From positions 82,336,001 to 82,400,000 of the forward strand of contig OZ024743.1 in assembly GCA_964016885.1 (NCBI GenBank): a stretch of 64,000 nt of DNA. The letters run 5' to 3'. The position numbers were made by a program, and so were the translations under genes. Below, piece after piece: positions 29,700-45,325 of the stretch. Numbering within the stretch: position 1 is the first letter of the stretch; each line of letters opens with the position of its first letter. Source of the stretch: Eledone cirrhosa. Its lineage: Eukaryota. The notes beneath the pieces were generated by a model. It did not search any database. It worked only from the letters and a program-made list of their open reading frames with translations, and had not been told where the DNA came from.

Positions 29700-29971
29700 C
29701 ACCACATAGAAGACACAAGACACACACATAGAAGACACAAGACACACACATAGAATACACAAGACACACACATAGAAGACACAAGACACACACATAGAAG
29801 ACACAAGACACACACATAGAAGACACAAGACACACACATAGAAGACACAAGACACACACATAGAAGACACAAGACACACACATAGAAGACACAAGACACA
29901 CACATAGAAGACACAAGACACACACATAGAAGACACAAGACACACACATAGAAGACACAAGACACACACAT
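29700..29971. repeat. 22-bp minisatellite (gacacacacatagaagacacaa), ~12 copies
   Basis: Direct reading. Confidence 0.95.
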
Positions 29972-30002
29972 ACGGGTGTGAGTGTGTGTGTATATATATA
30001 AT

Positions 30003-30429
<427 letters not shown>

Positions 30430-30759
30430 TTGTGCGTGTCTGTGTATGTGTGTGTGTGTATGCATGTGTGTGTGTGTGTATGCATGTGTGTGTTTGTGTG
30501 TATTCGTATGTGTATAATATATGTATATTTGACTCAAAATGGCTGAAGCTTAACTGTAGGGCTTCTATGGATTATAGCAATATTTACAATCCTCATTCTT
30601 TAAAGTACAGATTACACACTCCTGTGTATATGTGTATGTTTATGTGTGATATCTATATTTAAAAGGTCAAGGCAAACATGTTAGGTGTATAAAATTTGAA
30701 ATCTACTGCATATTATATTATATTATATTATATTAGATATTATATTATATTATAAATTA

Positions 30760-30962
30760 CGTGTGACTGAGTGGTTAGAGAATTGGATTCGCAATAGTGA
30801 GGTTGTGAGTTCTGGACCGGGCGATGCGTTATGTCCTTGAGCAAGACACTTTATTTCACGTTGCTCCTTCTACCTGGAGTTGCGACCGATAGATAGTATT
30901 AGGAACTGGAAAGACCAACGGAAACATTGTCTCCCCGGTCCGATTTGACGAAAGTCGATCGA
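30760..30962 (+). mobile_element. CORE-type SINE family 2
   Basis: Same sequence as the reverse complement of 28205-28416. Confidence 0.85.
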
Positions 30963-31322
30963 CTGTCGGTATTATATAATATATTATATATATATATTAT
31001 ATATATATATTATATATATATATATTATATTATATTATATTATATATATTATATATATTATATTATATATATATTATATCATATTATATTATATATTATA
31101 TCATATTATATATATATATATTATACTATATTATATATATATTATATATTATGTTATATATATTATATCATATTATATATATATATATATTATATCATAT
31201 TATATATATATATATATATATTATATTATATATATATATATTCTATTATATATATATATTATATCATATTATATATATATATATATATATGTTATATTAT
31301 GTGTATTTCCTTCATTCTCGCA

Positions 31323-31430
31323 TGCTCTGATGAATAGGCTGGTTATAACTATGTATTGGTGATCAATTGACGCAAAAACAGGCGGGTAGCGAACTCTAGG
31401 CCTACCAGTTCAGAGAAACAATTGTCAGCA
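31323..31430 (+). ncRNA. Hammerhead with ~80-nt stem II insertion
   Basis: tgct-CTGATGA-(~80 nt)-GAAA-CAATTG-TC-agca; palindrome ACAATTGT; aataaa downstream. Confidence 0.6.
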
Positions 31431-32035
31431 ATGTGAATAAAGCCCTTATTGTATAGCAAACCATGTCACTCTTCTTTCTTGATTTATTATATTATATATA
31501 TATTATATCATATTATATATATATATATTATATTATATATATATTATATCATATTATATATATATATTATATTATATATATATTATATCATATTATATAT
31601 ATATATTATATTATATATATATATTATATCATATTATATATTATATATATATTATATCATATTATATATATATATTATATCATATATATATTATATCATA
31701 TATATATATATTATATTATATATATATTATATCATATTATATATTATATCATATATATATTATATATTATACATATACATATATATATATTATATTATAT
31801 ATATATTATACATATTATATATTATATAAATATCATATTATATAAATATTATATATTATATATACATATATATATTATATATATTATAAAAATATATATA
31901 TATATTATATATACATATATTTATTTAAATATATATATTTTATATATGAAAATATTCCTATTACCTACTCCACTACCCCAAGTATTGTGTACTATGGTGG
32001 GTTATGGTCCACCTGGTATTTTACCACACTCTATT

Positions 32036-32092
<57 letters not shown>

Positions 32093-32449
32093 TATTTGTA
32101 TATATTATTTATATATATATATACATTATATTATCTATATAAATATATGTATTATATTATATATACATATGCAGAGATAGAGAGACTCGTGGCACATCTA
32201 CATGCATATCTACACACATATTTACACATACATACACAAACACATATATACATACGCAAACACATATATACATACACAAACACATATATACATACAGAAA
32301 CACATATATATACATACACAAACACATATATACATATACACATACGCACACATATATACATACGCACACGTATATATACATACACAGGTATATATACATA
32401 CACACACACATATATATACATATACATATATACATATATATGTATATAC

Positions 32450-32496
<47 letters not shown>

Positions 32497-32948
32497 CATA
32501 TATATATATATATACATATATATAAATATACATACATATATATATATACCTCCGATGAGTGTTCTAGTTGATGAAATTCTCACATATGTGACAGAACACC
32601 CCTGGCATTTGTAGAATTAATGTTGTTCTCAGGGAGATTCAGCTAGACAAAGGGCCTACGCTTTCGGTCAACTGACACAACACACCTAGGAATCTAACCC
32701 TTCGCCTTACCTTCGTTAGCTGAACACACCTCCAACACACCTGAATTCTCTACTCGTATATATACACACACACAGAATCACACACCTATATAACTGTACG
32801 TGTATATACACACCTCCACGCATGTAATCCAATATATAAAAAATTATCAAAAAACAAATACCTAATGTATAGTATAATATGTATATACACTTATATGTAC
32901 ACACACTTATATACACTCATATACTCACGTCTCTAACTATGTATATAT

Positions 32949-33080
32949 AATTGTTTCTACTTTTGGCACAAGGCCAGCAATTAACCAGAGTATTACTGGT
33001 ACTTTATGTTATCGACCCCATAAGGCGAAGTTAACCTCGGCGGGATTTGAACTCAGAATGGCAAGGACCGTAACTATACG
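32949..33080 (-). mobile_element. SINE family 1 (partial)
   Basis: Family 1 tail, body and B box. Confidence 0.8.
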
Positions 33081-33692
33081 TATATAATGTAATATAGGTA
33101 TATATATACACATAGACACACTCACATATCTATCTATGTATACATGTAATATAGATATACATACATATACACACGCATACTCATATCTATGTATGTATAT
33201 ATAATGTAACATATATATATATTACATTATATACACATATACAAACACTTACATATGTATATAGAATATAATGTAGATTGAGTCACACACATAAATTCTT
33301 ACAAAAAAAATACATATATATAATGTAATATAGATATATACACTCAAACAGCTATGTATATATAATATAATATAGATATATACATACACATATACACACT
33401 TACAGATCTATGTATATATAATATAATATGGATATATACATAGATATATACACACTTACAGATCTATGTATATATAATGTAATATAGTTATATACTTACG
33501 TATATACATACTTACAAATCTATCAATGTATATAAAATGTAAATAGATATATACATACACATATACACACTCACACATCTATATATGTATATATAATGTA
33601 GATGTATACACATACATATACACACACATACATGTATTTATTTATATAATGTAATATAGATACAGGCACACATATGTATATATATACATATG

Positions 33693-33772
<80 letters not shown>

Positions 33773-33807
33773 GTATTGCATGCAATCAATATATTCTATA
33801 TATTATG

Positions 33808-33845
<38 letters not shown>

Positions 33846-34068
33846 ATATGTATGTGTGTAATTTAATATAGATTCAACCCGTTTTATATAATATAATATA
33901 AACACATATATAATTTAATATAGACAGAAACAGACACAAACAAATAGATACCAGTAATTCAATCTAATGAGAATTTCTCACATATATACATATATATAAT
34001 TGAATTTATGTAGAACCTCACAGTCTCGCAATGTGTAACATACATATATGTGTGTATATATATGTGTG

Positions 34069-34385
<317 letters not shown>

Positions 34386-34423
34386 TATATATAAATATAT
34401 ATATATAACTATATATATATAGT

Positions 34424-34482
<59 letters not shown>

Positions 34483-34600
34483 GTTATACCGGGTTATATA
34501 TATATATATCAATACACACACAAATATATCTATCTATACAAATGTGTGTGTGTGTAAGTATATATATAAACACATACACACTTGTACACACACACAAACG

Positions 34601-34676
<76 letters not shown>

Positions 34677-34682
<6 letters not shown>

Positions 34683-34908
34683 TGTATTAAACAACATAAG
34701 GCAATTATTCCATTTACCACTGGTTTCTTAAAAGCAAAAAAATTTGCTTTCAATCCTCAGAATGAAAAAATCCTGGTCTGTTTATTGAATTTGGATTCAA
34801 TAAACATACCATGATTTTTTCATTCTGAGGATTGAAAGCAAATTTTTTTGCTTTTAAGAAACCAGTGGTAAATGGAATAATTGCCTTATGTTGTTTATTA
34901 CATAACTA
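34677..34908. repeat. ~114-bp-arm palindrome (family F fold-back)
   Basis: Centre ttgaat-ttgg-attcaa at ~34792; arms nearly perfect. Confidence 0.9.
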
Positions 34909-34971
34909 TTAAGCTCTGTTACCTACATAGAACACTCTTTTTTCCTGGACTTTTCCGACGGAATTACTTCA

Positions 34972-35013
<42 letters not shown>

Positions 35014-35019
35014 CAAAAG

Positions 35020-35310
35020 GGATATTTAATTTGTTGGTAATTCAACAAATATATATGCTTATAACTGATTCAAAGCACTCGACAAGTTTTCTGGAGTATA
35101 ATATCAATGATATTAAATGGAAACTATATTTATAAAACCATATTTATTCTATTATATATATTTCAAGATCTTCCTGGATATGTGAGTATTTCTAAAACAA
35201 ACTTTGCATTTTTTCTGATGAGGGCGTACCAAAGTTTTGGTACCCTTGAAATATACATAGTAGAATAAAAATGGTTTTATAAATATAGTTTCCATTTATT
35301 TAATATCATT
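35020..35310. mobile_element. Family D fold-back with hammerhead (CTGATGA 35215, GAAA 35248)
   Basis: Stem II gtaccaaa/tttggtac; inverted arm ~35108-35165. Confidence 0.7.
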
Positions 35311-35392
<82 letters not shown>

Positions 35393-35548
35393 ATTAGTTA
35401 AAACCTTTAAAACTATATAGAAGAAACATAAGAAATCTTGATAGTATTTATGAATATGTACATGTATGTTTAGATATCTATATACATGTGTGTACGTGTA
35501 ATATTCTTAGTCACATAAACACAATCTCACGCATGTAGATATGCTAAC

Positions 35549-35597
<49 letters not shown>

Positions 35598-35769
35598 TGA
35601 GCCTGTCGGTAGTACTCTCATACTGTGATAAATTAACAAGAACAGAAATAGAATTATATATATCTCTATAAACTAGTCAGAAATATACTCATATATATAT
35701 GTGCGTGTGTGTTTGTTTGTATATATGCAGATACATGCGTATGTATGTAATATGTGTATGTGTGTGTAT

Positions 35770-35846
<77 letters not shown>

Positions 35847-35849
<3 letters not shown>

Positions 35850-35971
35850 CGAAGGAAATGTGGTAAGGAACCAGGTGGACCATAACGCACCAAAGTACTC
35901 AATACTTAGGGTAGTAGAGTGGGTTTAGCCGTCGAAACGGATTGAGCTCAGCCGTTGGGGTCCTACTCGTT

Positions 35972-35975
<4 letters not shown>
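35847..35975. mobile_element. Family B inverted composite
   Basis: Minus 3' end joined to plus tagccgtcgaaacgg...gccgttggggtc. Confidence 0.75.
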
Positions 35976-36019
<44 letters not shown>

Positions 36020-36235
36020 ATTATATGTATATTTCTGTGTGATTGTATGTATATTTGCAGATATGTACGTATGTATATAATGTAATATATACCTGTATGT
36101 ATACACACAAAACAGCGAAAACTGTAGTTTACTATATACAACACTGTTTATTCTTCATACTTATTCCAATTTTCTTGTAAGATATCTGTAATGTCACTTT
36201 CCTACATTACCCTTGGGACAATTATTAGTCATATA

Positions 36236-36270
<35 letters not shown>

Positions 36271-36639
36271 ATAAGTGACAACAAGAATTGCATCTTTTTG
36301 TAAACTTTATTCCATATTACAATAAATATATATATATAGAGAGAGAGACCGAATTCTTCATAAATCTTTAATGTTTTTGTAAATATCCATTCAAGAAAAC
36401 GAAAATTTAATTTTATCTGTTATACATAAACATATATATCAACTATATTTTATAAACAGAACTTATAGGGAATATTTTGTTTTCTGTTATATATAAACAT
36501 ATATCAACTATATTTTAGGTATAAGTTATACTATAATGGGAATATTTAAAGTAAATATGAAAATTAGTAATGAAAAAATTGTCAGTGAATGTGTAATGAA
36601 GGGCAGACCTAGCTGTATAGTAGAGGAAAGGACGTTCAA

Positions 36640-36679
<40 letters not shown>

Positions 36680-36681
<2 letters not shown>

Positions 36682-36978
36682 GGGGTTATATTTAATTTGT
36701 TGGGATACAACAAGCAACATAATTTTATAACTGATATAAAGCACTCAACAAATTATTGGAGTAAATATACAATATATTAACAAATGGAAACTATATATAT
36801 AAAGATTCCAGAATGGTTGCATTTTTTCAGGGTATGTCAACATTTATTTATAAAACTAACCTATATTATATTTTATCTGATGAAAGCGCACCATAGTTTG
36901 CCTTGGTGGCCCTTGAAATATGTATAATGAAATAAATATGGTTTTATAAATATAGTTTCCATTTGTTAATATATTGTG
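36680..36978. mobile_element. Family D fold-back with hammerhead 36869-36934 (+)
   Basis: tattttat-CTGATGA-aagcgcacca...tggtggccctt-GAAA-tatgta-TA-atgaaata (8-bp stem I). Confidence 0.8.
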
Positions 36979-36979
36979 C

Positions 36980-37016
<37 letters not shown>

Positions 37017-37449
37017 CAGAAGCAACAACACAATCGGTACAGTATATATAAACTTAGGAAAATTAACAAACAGAGGACAGACAAGGCAAAACGAGAAACA
37101 ATGTTTTAAAGGGAAACATTAAAAAACTATTTTTTTTAAATAAAAATAAAAAACAGTACTCCATGATCATCTGCCGTTGAGATGGACTTTGGCAGTTTCG
37201 ATCCCTACAAAGGGTACATCTGGGTCACTCGGGGTCACAGAGTCTGACACTAGTCAAAGCGCTGTCTAGTGTAGTAAGAGACGAGTATATATATATTTGT
37301 GATATCGTTGTTTGACTATGATAGAGTAGTGTAAATGTTTCCCGTCTTCAAAGTTTATCTCCAAATTTGACTGATTTTCAGTCAAACAACCTTGATGCTT
37401 CTTTCAAATTCATACTTCCTAACGCTCAACGATGATATATATATATATA

Positions 37450-37546
<97 letters not shown>

Positions 37547-37636
37547 GTGTTATTGAGTGAGTGAGAAAAAGATGGAAGCTGTTATCGATCTTATTCGATA
37601 GCTTCATTTCATAATAGTCTTCAAATTTATTATTAT

Positions 37637-37667
<31 letters not shown>

Positions 37668-37789
37668 ACGAAGGAAATGTGGTAAGGAACCAGGTGGACC
37701 ATAACGCACCAAAGTACTCAATACTTAGGGTAGTAGAGTGGGTAATAGGAACGAGTAGGACCCCGATGGGGTCCTACTCGTTCCTATAT

Positions 37790-37952
<163 letters not shown>

Positions 37953-37955
37953 AAT

Positions 37956-37986
<31 letters not shown>

Positions 37987-37989
37987 AAT

Positions 37990-38022
<33 letters not shown>

Positions 38023-38053
38023 AATATATATATATAAATATATATATATAAAT

Positions 38054-38239
<186 letters not shown>

Positions 38240-38970
38240 TATATATGTATGTATATATATATATAATATATATATATGTATTTATATATACATATATATA
38301 TATATATGTATGTATGTATATTTTCAATGATCTGATTTCCATCTAAACCCGCTCTATTATCATAACCTGTCCTTATAATATCCCGTTTATCCGTCACCCT
38401 TGTTGCTATTATTATTATTATTAAAGTACCAGTCATACACTAGGGTCGATTTAAAAATTGTTAGCCTTCTGCCTAAATCTGAAGCAATTATAGTATTTTA
38501 AATGTGTTTTTACTGGATTTTATTGTAAACCCCACAGTCCCTGTCTATTGTATTGTCCCCTATATGTCGGCCAATAGTGAAATTATAATTATTACTGTTA
38601 TTAGTATTGTTATTATTACTATTAACATATTCGGTAGAGCATCACACAAAATATTTTGTGTTACTAATTTCGACTGTCTATTCATAGTTTAAATCTGAGG
38701 TTAACATTCCGGGGACGATAAAATAATGTACCAGTTATGTACTGGGGTCCATATCGTTTCCCTTCCTTGCTAAATTGCTGAACTTCTGCATAATTAGGAG
38801 ATAATTATAATTGTCATAATTACTGTTTTTCTCCTTTATTTTCCTCTCAATCTTCAATACGTCTCAGCTAATTCTAAATATATTTATTCCTCCATCGAGA
38901 ATTGCTTCCTTCTTTCATTTTAGCAGTTTTATTCTGAGAATTACTTTAACCTGTCGTTTCTATGTGTGTG

Positions 38971-39045
<75 letters not shown>

Positions 39046-39304
39046 TGATATAGTGTAGATGAAACACTGCGTAAGGTGTAAATTTTGTTTTTGAAGGGTA
39101 GAAGTTTTTTGGTAGAAGTCAATACCATTTACTTTTGCTTATATGTATATATATAAGTATAAATATATATATGTATGTATATATGTATATAGATATATAT
39201 ATATATGTGTATATGTATATGTATATGTATATATATATATATGTATATATATATGTATATATATATGTATATGTATATATATATGTATATATATATATAT
39301 GTAT

Positions 39305-39392
<88 letters not shown>

Positions 39393-39409
39393 GTGTATGT
39401 GTGTGTGTA

Positions 39410-39637
39410 TAGTAGTAATAATAAATTTGTAGAGTAAAATCCAAAGAGAGCTCGATAAGGATAAACATATATCAAATATATAAGAACCGTAGAGCAAATA
39501 TTTATTAAAATAACAGATTAAAGTTTAAGCAAAGAATCGCTGCTTTCACCCTTAACGGGATCTTCTGAGTTTCAGAAGATCCCGTTAAGGGTGAAAGCAG
39601 CGATTCTTTGCTTAAACTTTAATCTGTTATTTTAATA
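39410..39637. mobile_element. Family G fold-back with CAGAAGA-variant hammerhead (39568-39618 +)
   Basis: Perfect palindrome ~39503-39637 with a 3-nt loop at 39569-39571. Confidence 0.8.
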
Positions 39638-40007
39638 TGTTATTTTAATAAATATATATATATATGCATATATATGTATGTATGCATGTATATGTATGTA
39701 CAAGTATATATGGAGGTATGTATAAGTATAAATATATATGTATATGTATAAATGTATATGTATAAATATGTATGTATATGTATATGTATAAGTATATATA
39801 TATTTAAATATATATGTATACGTATATATGTATATGTATATATTTATATGTACATAGTATATATAAGTATATATATATATATATGTATAAGTGTATATGT
39901 ATATATACATATGAATAGGTGTATATATATATATATATATGTACATGTTTATATGTATATGCGTATATATATATGTGTGTGTATATATGTATATGTATAT
40001 ATGTATA

Positions 40008-40038
<31 letters not shown>

Positions 40039-40077
40039 GTGTGTATATATATATATGTGTATAAATATGTGTATAAA

Positions 40078-40108
<31 letters not shown>

Positions 40109-40521
40109 GTGTGTATAAATATGTGTATAAATATGTGTATAAATATATATGTATATACATATATGTGTACATAAATATATGTGTATATATGTATATATAT
40201 ATACATATATAAATATATATGGATAAATATATATGGATATATATATGTGTATAAATATATATGTGTATATAGATATGTGATATATATATATAAAGATATG
40301 TGTGTGTATATATATATATGTATGTATAAATAAATATGTATATATATATATATATTTGCCAATATAAGCTTGTCTTTATTGACTTATATCGAGACAGACA
40401 AATTGTATTCACTTTAATTAGTTTATTTCATTAATAGCTAACTTTGTCTGTTGCAATGCAAACACGTTTTGTGTTTAACATATATTTTAATATATATATA
40501 TATATATATTTATTTAAAAAG

Positions 40522-40576
<55 letters not shown>

Positions 40577-40581
<5 letters not shown>

Positions 40582-40798
40582 AATATACAATTGAATATAT
40601 GAGAGGGATACACACTGATACAACTATACATATGTGCCAATTGCAAATGACCAAGTTAGCTAGGTTGAAAACATACTAAGTCAGTATTTTTTACTAAATT
40701 ACTATTTCTTCAACCTAGCTAACTTGGTCATTTGCAATTGGAACACATGTACACTTGTACCAGTGTTTATCCCTCTCATATATTCAATTGTATTACAC
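40577..40798. repeat. ~90-bp-arm inverted repeat in (TA)n (family H)
   Basis: caattgcaaatgaccaagttagctaggttgaa / ttcaacctagctaacttggtcatttgcaattg. Confidence 0.85.
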
Positions 40799-40870
40799 TG
40801 CTCGGAAAGATTCCCTTCATTGAGCTATTTAATGGTAAAAGACTATTTTGAGTTTCTAACTCAATCTATG

Positions 40871-40909
<39 letters not shown>

Positions 40910-40988
40910 TTCACTGCTCAAAAAATGCTTCTTTCTTCGAGCTGATTAATTGTAAACGACTATGAGTCTAATCTCTAAATATAATATA

Positions 40989-41050
<62 letters not shown>

Positions 41051-41224
41051 TGTAAATAAATACTATGTATATATATATATATATATATATACATAGTATT
41101 TATGTACAGTATATTGTTGTCGGGATATATACAACCGTAAAATTTACAATGTTGAATGTATATTTTTTAATTTAAATTGTGTGGTTCGGTCATCGTCGTT
41201 GTTTTTACACGCCGTATTTTCGGG

Positions 41225-41322
<98 letters not shown>

Positions 41323-41329
41323 ACACATT

Positions 41330-41466
41330 TCCTGGTATGGCAATATTTATTTATAAAACAAATCTGTATTTTATCTGATGAAAGCGCACCATAATTTGCC
41401 TCGGCTGCCCTTGAAATATATATAAAATAAATATGGTTTTATAAATATAGTTTCCATTTATTAATA

Positions 41467-41470
<4 letters not shown>
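41330..41470 (+). mobile_element. Family D copy with hammerhead
   Basis: tattttatCTGATGAaagcgcacc...cccttGAAAtatatataaaata. Confidence 0.75.
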
Positions 41471-41520
<50 letters not shown>

Positions 41521-41690
41521 AACACTTTGTACTGAACGCTTCATTATTGTTTTTGTTTTCTGTTCTAACTTATATATATATATATATATATATTCACATA
41601 CACACAAATCTATCCATGTATCTAGCTTGGCGCAGCGTTCGGGATTTTACCTACCTATCTTTATCCCTCTCTTATATATATATAAATATA

Positions 41691-41997
41691 TGAAAAAGTA
41701 TGACCCCCGACGGCAGAGCTCAAGCCGTTTCTGTAGTCCAAAAATAGCCGTCGAAACGGCTTGAGCTCTGCCGTCGGGGTCATACTTTTTCCTATTTCCC
41801 ACTCTACTACCCTAAGTATTGAGTACTCTGGTGCGGTATGGTCCATTTGGTTCCTTACCACAATTCCTTTGTTATATATATATATATATATATATATATT
41901 CCTGTAGAATCTCAGCTATATTAAAACTTTTATACTCTGCTATGTATTGAGTACCTTACTTACTGTGGTTACCTCCGATTCAACCCGGAATAACCTA

Positions 41998-41998
<1 letters not shown>
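41691..41998 (+). mobile_element. Family B fold-back (41691-41875) followed by family A 3' end (41898-41998)
   Basis: Matches to other copies. Confidence 0.8.
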
Positions 41999-42073
<75 letters not shown>

Positions 42074-42221
42074 TATATATATACATCCGGATGTGGTTGA
42101 CGGCTGAGAGAAAAATACTCAATACCGAAGTAGTTTTAATATTTATTTTATTAAAGCGAAAGGCTAAATGGTGATTCTTGTTACTCTGGAATTTCGCCTG
42201 TTTATTACAGGCGCGTATATA

Positions 42222-42293
<72 letters not shown>

Positions 42294-42490
42294 ATCTTTG
42301 AAGAGGCTTAAAACTAGCTTTGCTGAAATACCGTAGCTTTTAAAAAGTAATAAACCAATGCAATATATAAGTGGATTTATTGGTTTCTTACAAGAAGGAA
42401 GAAGTCAATAACAGGGTAAATTACTCTGTTATAAGTATTGAGTTCTTCCTTTTTTGTAGTCTAACAAGATCACAAGTCACAAGATCAGAA

Positions 42491-42549
<59 letters not shown>

Positions 42550-42688
42550 CTCTCTGTATAGTTCTACACCTCAACACACAAGTGAACCTAAGCATCGAGT
42601 GCTCACCCAGGTGAGCCTGTAGTAACTCCAAGTTACACTCCCTAGATAAATATATATATATATATATATAGACATATATATATATATA

Positions 42689-42782
<94 letters not shown>

Positions 42783-42784
<2 letters not shown>

Positions 42785-43264
42785 GAAGTTCTATTTAAAT
42801 TGTTGGGATACAACAAGCAAATATTTTCATAACTGATATAAAGCACTCAACAAATTATTGGAGTAAATATACAATATATTAACAAATGGAAACTATATTT
42901 ATAAAACCATATTTATTTCATTATACATATTTCAAGGACACCAAGTTAAATTATGGTGTGCTTTCATCAGATAAAATATAATATAGATCAGTTTTATAAA
43001 TAAATATTGACATACCCTTAAAGAATGCGACCATTTCTGTTGGAAGCTCCCGGATAGATATAAATAAATTTATAACCCCACTATCCGGGAGCTTCCAACA
43101 GAAATGGTCGCATTCTTTAAGGGTATGTCAATATTTATTTATAAAACTGATCTATATTATATTTTATCTGATGAAAACACACCATAATTTAACATGGTGT
43201 CCTTGAAATATGTATAATGAAATAAATATGGTTTTATAAATATAGTTTCCATTTGTTAATATAT
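42783..43264. mobile_element. Family D fold-back, ~184-bp arms, hammerhead on both strands
   Basis: 42874-43057 is the reverse complement of 43081-43264; 23-nt spacer. Confidence 0.85.
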
Positions 43265-43265
43265 C

Positions 43266-43295
<30 letters not shown>

Positions 43296-43297
<2 letters not shown>

Positions 43298-43630
43298 GGA
43301 ACCAGATGGACCATAACGCACCAGAGTACTCAATACTTAGGGTAGTAGAGTGGGTAATAGGAAAATGTTCAAGACCCCAACGGCAGAGCTCAAGCCGTTT
43401 CGACGGCTATTTCTGGACAGTCCAGAAATAGCCGTCGAAACGGCATGAGCTCTGCCGTCGGGGTCTTGAACATTTTCCTATTACCCAGTCCAGAAATAGC
43501 CGTCGAAACGGCTTGAGCTCTGCCGTTGGGGTCTTGAACATTTCCCTATTACCCACTCTACTACCCTAAGTATTGAGTACTCTGGTGCGTTATGGTCCAT
43601 CTGGTTCCTTACCACACCTCCTTCGTTATA
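43296..43630. mobile_element. Family B: inverted arm plus partial tandem
   Basis: Minus copy, then two plus copies each starting agtccagaaatagccgtcgaaa (~43419, ~43487). Confidence 0.85.
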
Positions 43631-43797
43631 TATATATATTAACAATTAAAATTTTAAAAACTTTGTGCGTGTGTATCTCAGAAATCAAAATTAAAAAATA
43701 GGTTATTACTAGATTCATTTTCATAAAGGCCAACCACTTATATATAAACTTAATGATGCTACTTTCACACCTCGTTCCTACTTATTATTATTATTTA

Positions 43798-43955
43798 GGG
43801 AGGTGAATTGGCAGTATCAGTAGAGCGTCGAACAACAAGCTTTGCAGCATAGTTACGTCTCTTTACGGTCTGAGTTCAAATCCCGCCGAGGTTAACTTTG
43901 CCTTTCATCATTACGGAGTCGATAAAATAAAGTACCAGTAATGCACTAGGATAAT
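43798..43955 (+). mobile_element. SINE family 1
   Basis: tggcagtatcagtag A box; gagttcaaatccc B box. Confidence 0.9.
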
Positions 43956-44003
43956 TATTATTTTATTTATATATATGTGTGTATATAACCTTGTGTGTGT
44001 GTG

Positions 44004-44044
<41 letters not shown>

Positions 44045-44505
44045 GGTAAACAGAAATAACAACACAATCGGTACAGTATATGGAAAGTATATATTAGGTT
44101 AACGCTTGATATAGCAGGAAGAGAGTCTTAACGTTTCGGACGCTAGGTTAATCTTTTTTCCAAATATTTTCTAGCCATTAACACTTTTGATACCAAACTG
44201 TCTGAAAACTGATTCTTGATATAAAAAAAAATGTATTTTAAATTGGTTGAGTTTATTTAAACTCTTTCCTTCATATTTTTAAGTAATAACTTTTGTTATA
44301 ATTCCATCCCTTCGTTACTCTTCTCATACCAAACCCCCTCTCCGCCTTTCCCTTCGTTGCTCTTCTCATACCAAACCCCCTCTCCGCCTTCTACAATACT
44401 AACTTGTTTATTTTAAACTCTTTATATTTTATCTAATAACTTTCCATCATAAGAACTTTATCTAAGAACTTTTAACTTATAGCTTCTTGATAATTTAAAA
44501 CATTG

Positions 44506-45162
44506 TAATCTATAGGCTGTCTATTTCATTAGTAAACTATAGGCTGTCTATTTCATTAGCAAACTATAGGCTGTCTATTTCATTAGTAAACTATAGGCTG
44601 TCTATTTCATTAGCAATCTATAGGCAATCTATTTCATTAGTAATCTATAGGCTGTCTATTTCATTAGTAATAATCTATAGGCTGTCTATTTCATTAGTAA
44701 TCTATACGCAGTCTTTTTCATTAGTAAACTATAGGCTGTCTATTTCATTAGTAAACTATAGGCTGTCTATTTCATTAGTAAACTATAGGCTGTCTATTTC
44801 ATTAGCAAACTATAGGCTGTCTATTTCATTAGCAATCTATAGGCAATCTATTTCATTAGTAATCTATAGGCTGTCTATTTCATTAGTAATAATCTATAGG
44901 CTGTCTATTTCATTAGTAATCTATACGCAGTCTTTTTCATTAGTAAACTATAGGCTGTCTATTTCATTAGTAAACTATAGGCTGTCTATTTCATTAGTAA
45001 ACTATAGGCTGTCTATTTCATTAGCAAACTATAGGCTGTCTATTTCATTAGTAATCTATAGGCTGTTTATTTCATTAGTAAACTATACGCAGTCTATTTC
45101 ATTAGTAAACTCTATGCAGTCTATTTCATTAGTAAACTATAGGCTGTCTATTTCATTAGCAA
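44506..45162. repeat. 27-bp minisatellite (taggctgtctatttcattagtaaacta), ~24 copies
   Basis: Direct reading. Confidence 0.95.
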
Positions 45163-45325
45163 TATAACAATGAAATGATTATATTTATCCAAAAGCCTTC
45201 CATCATAATTCTTTCATGGCAGAAACTTTGTTCAGTTATATTTCAAACACCAACTCGATAATTAGACAGTTATATTATTGATAAATCCCGCAAATTCTCG
45301 ATTGTTTCCTAAATTATTTGAAAAT

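Noticed and set aside
34824-34860. CTGAGGA-tt-GAAA in the family F palindrome as an intact hammerhead
   Set aside because: Only 2 nt between the core halves, so no stem II; at best degenerate
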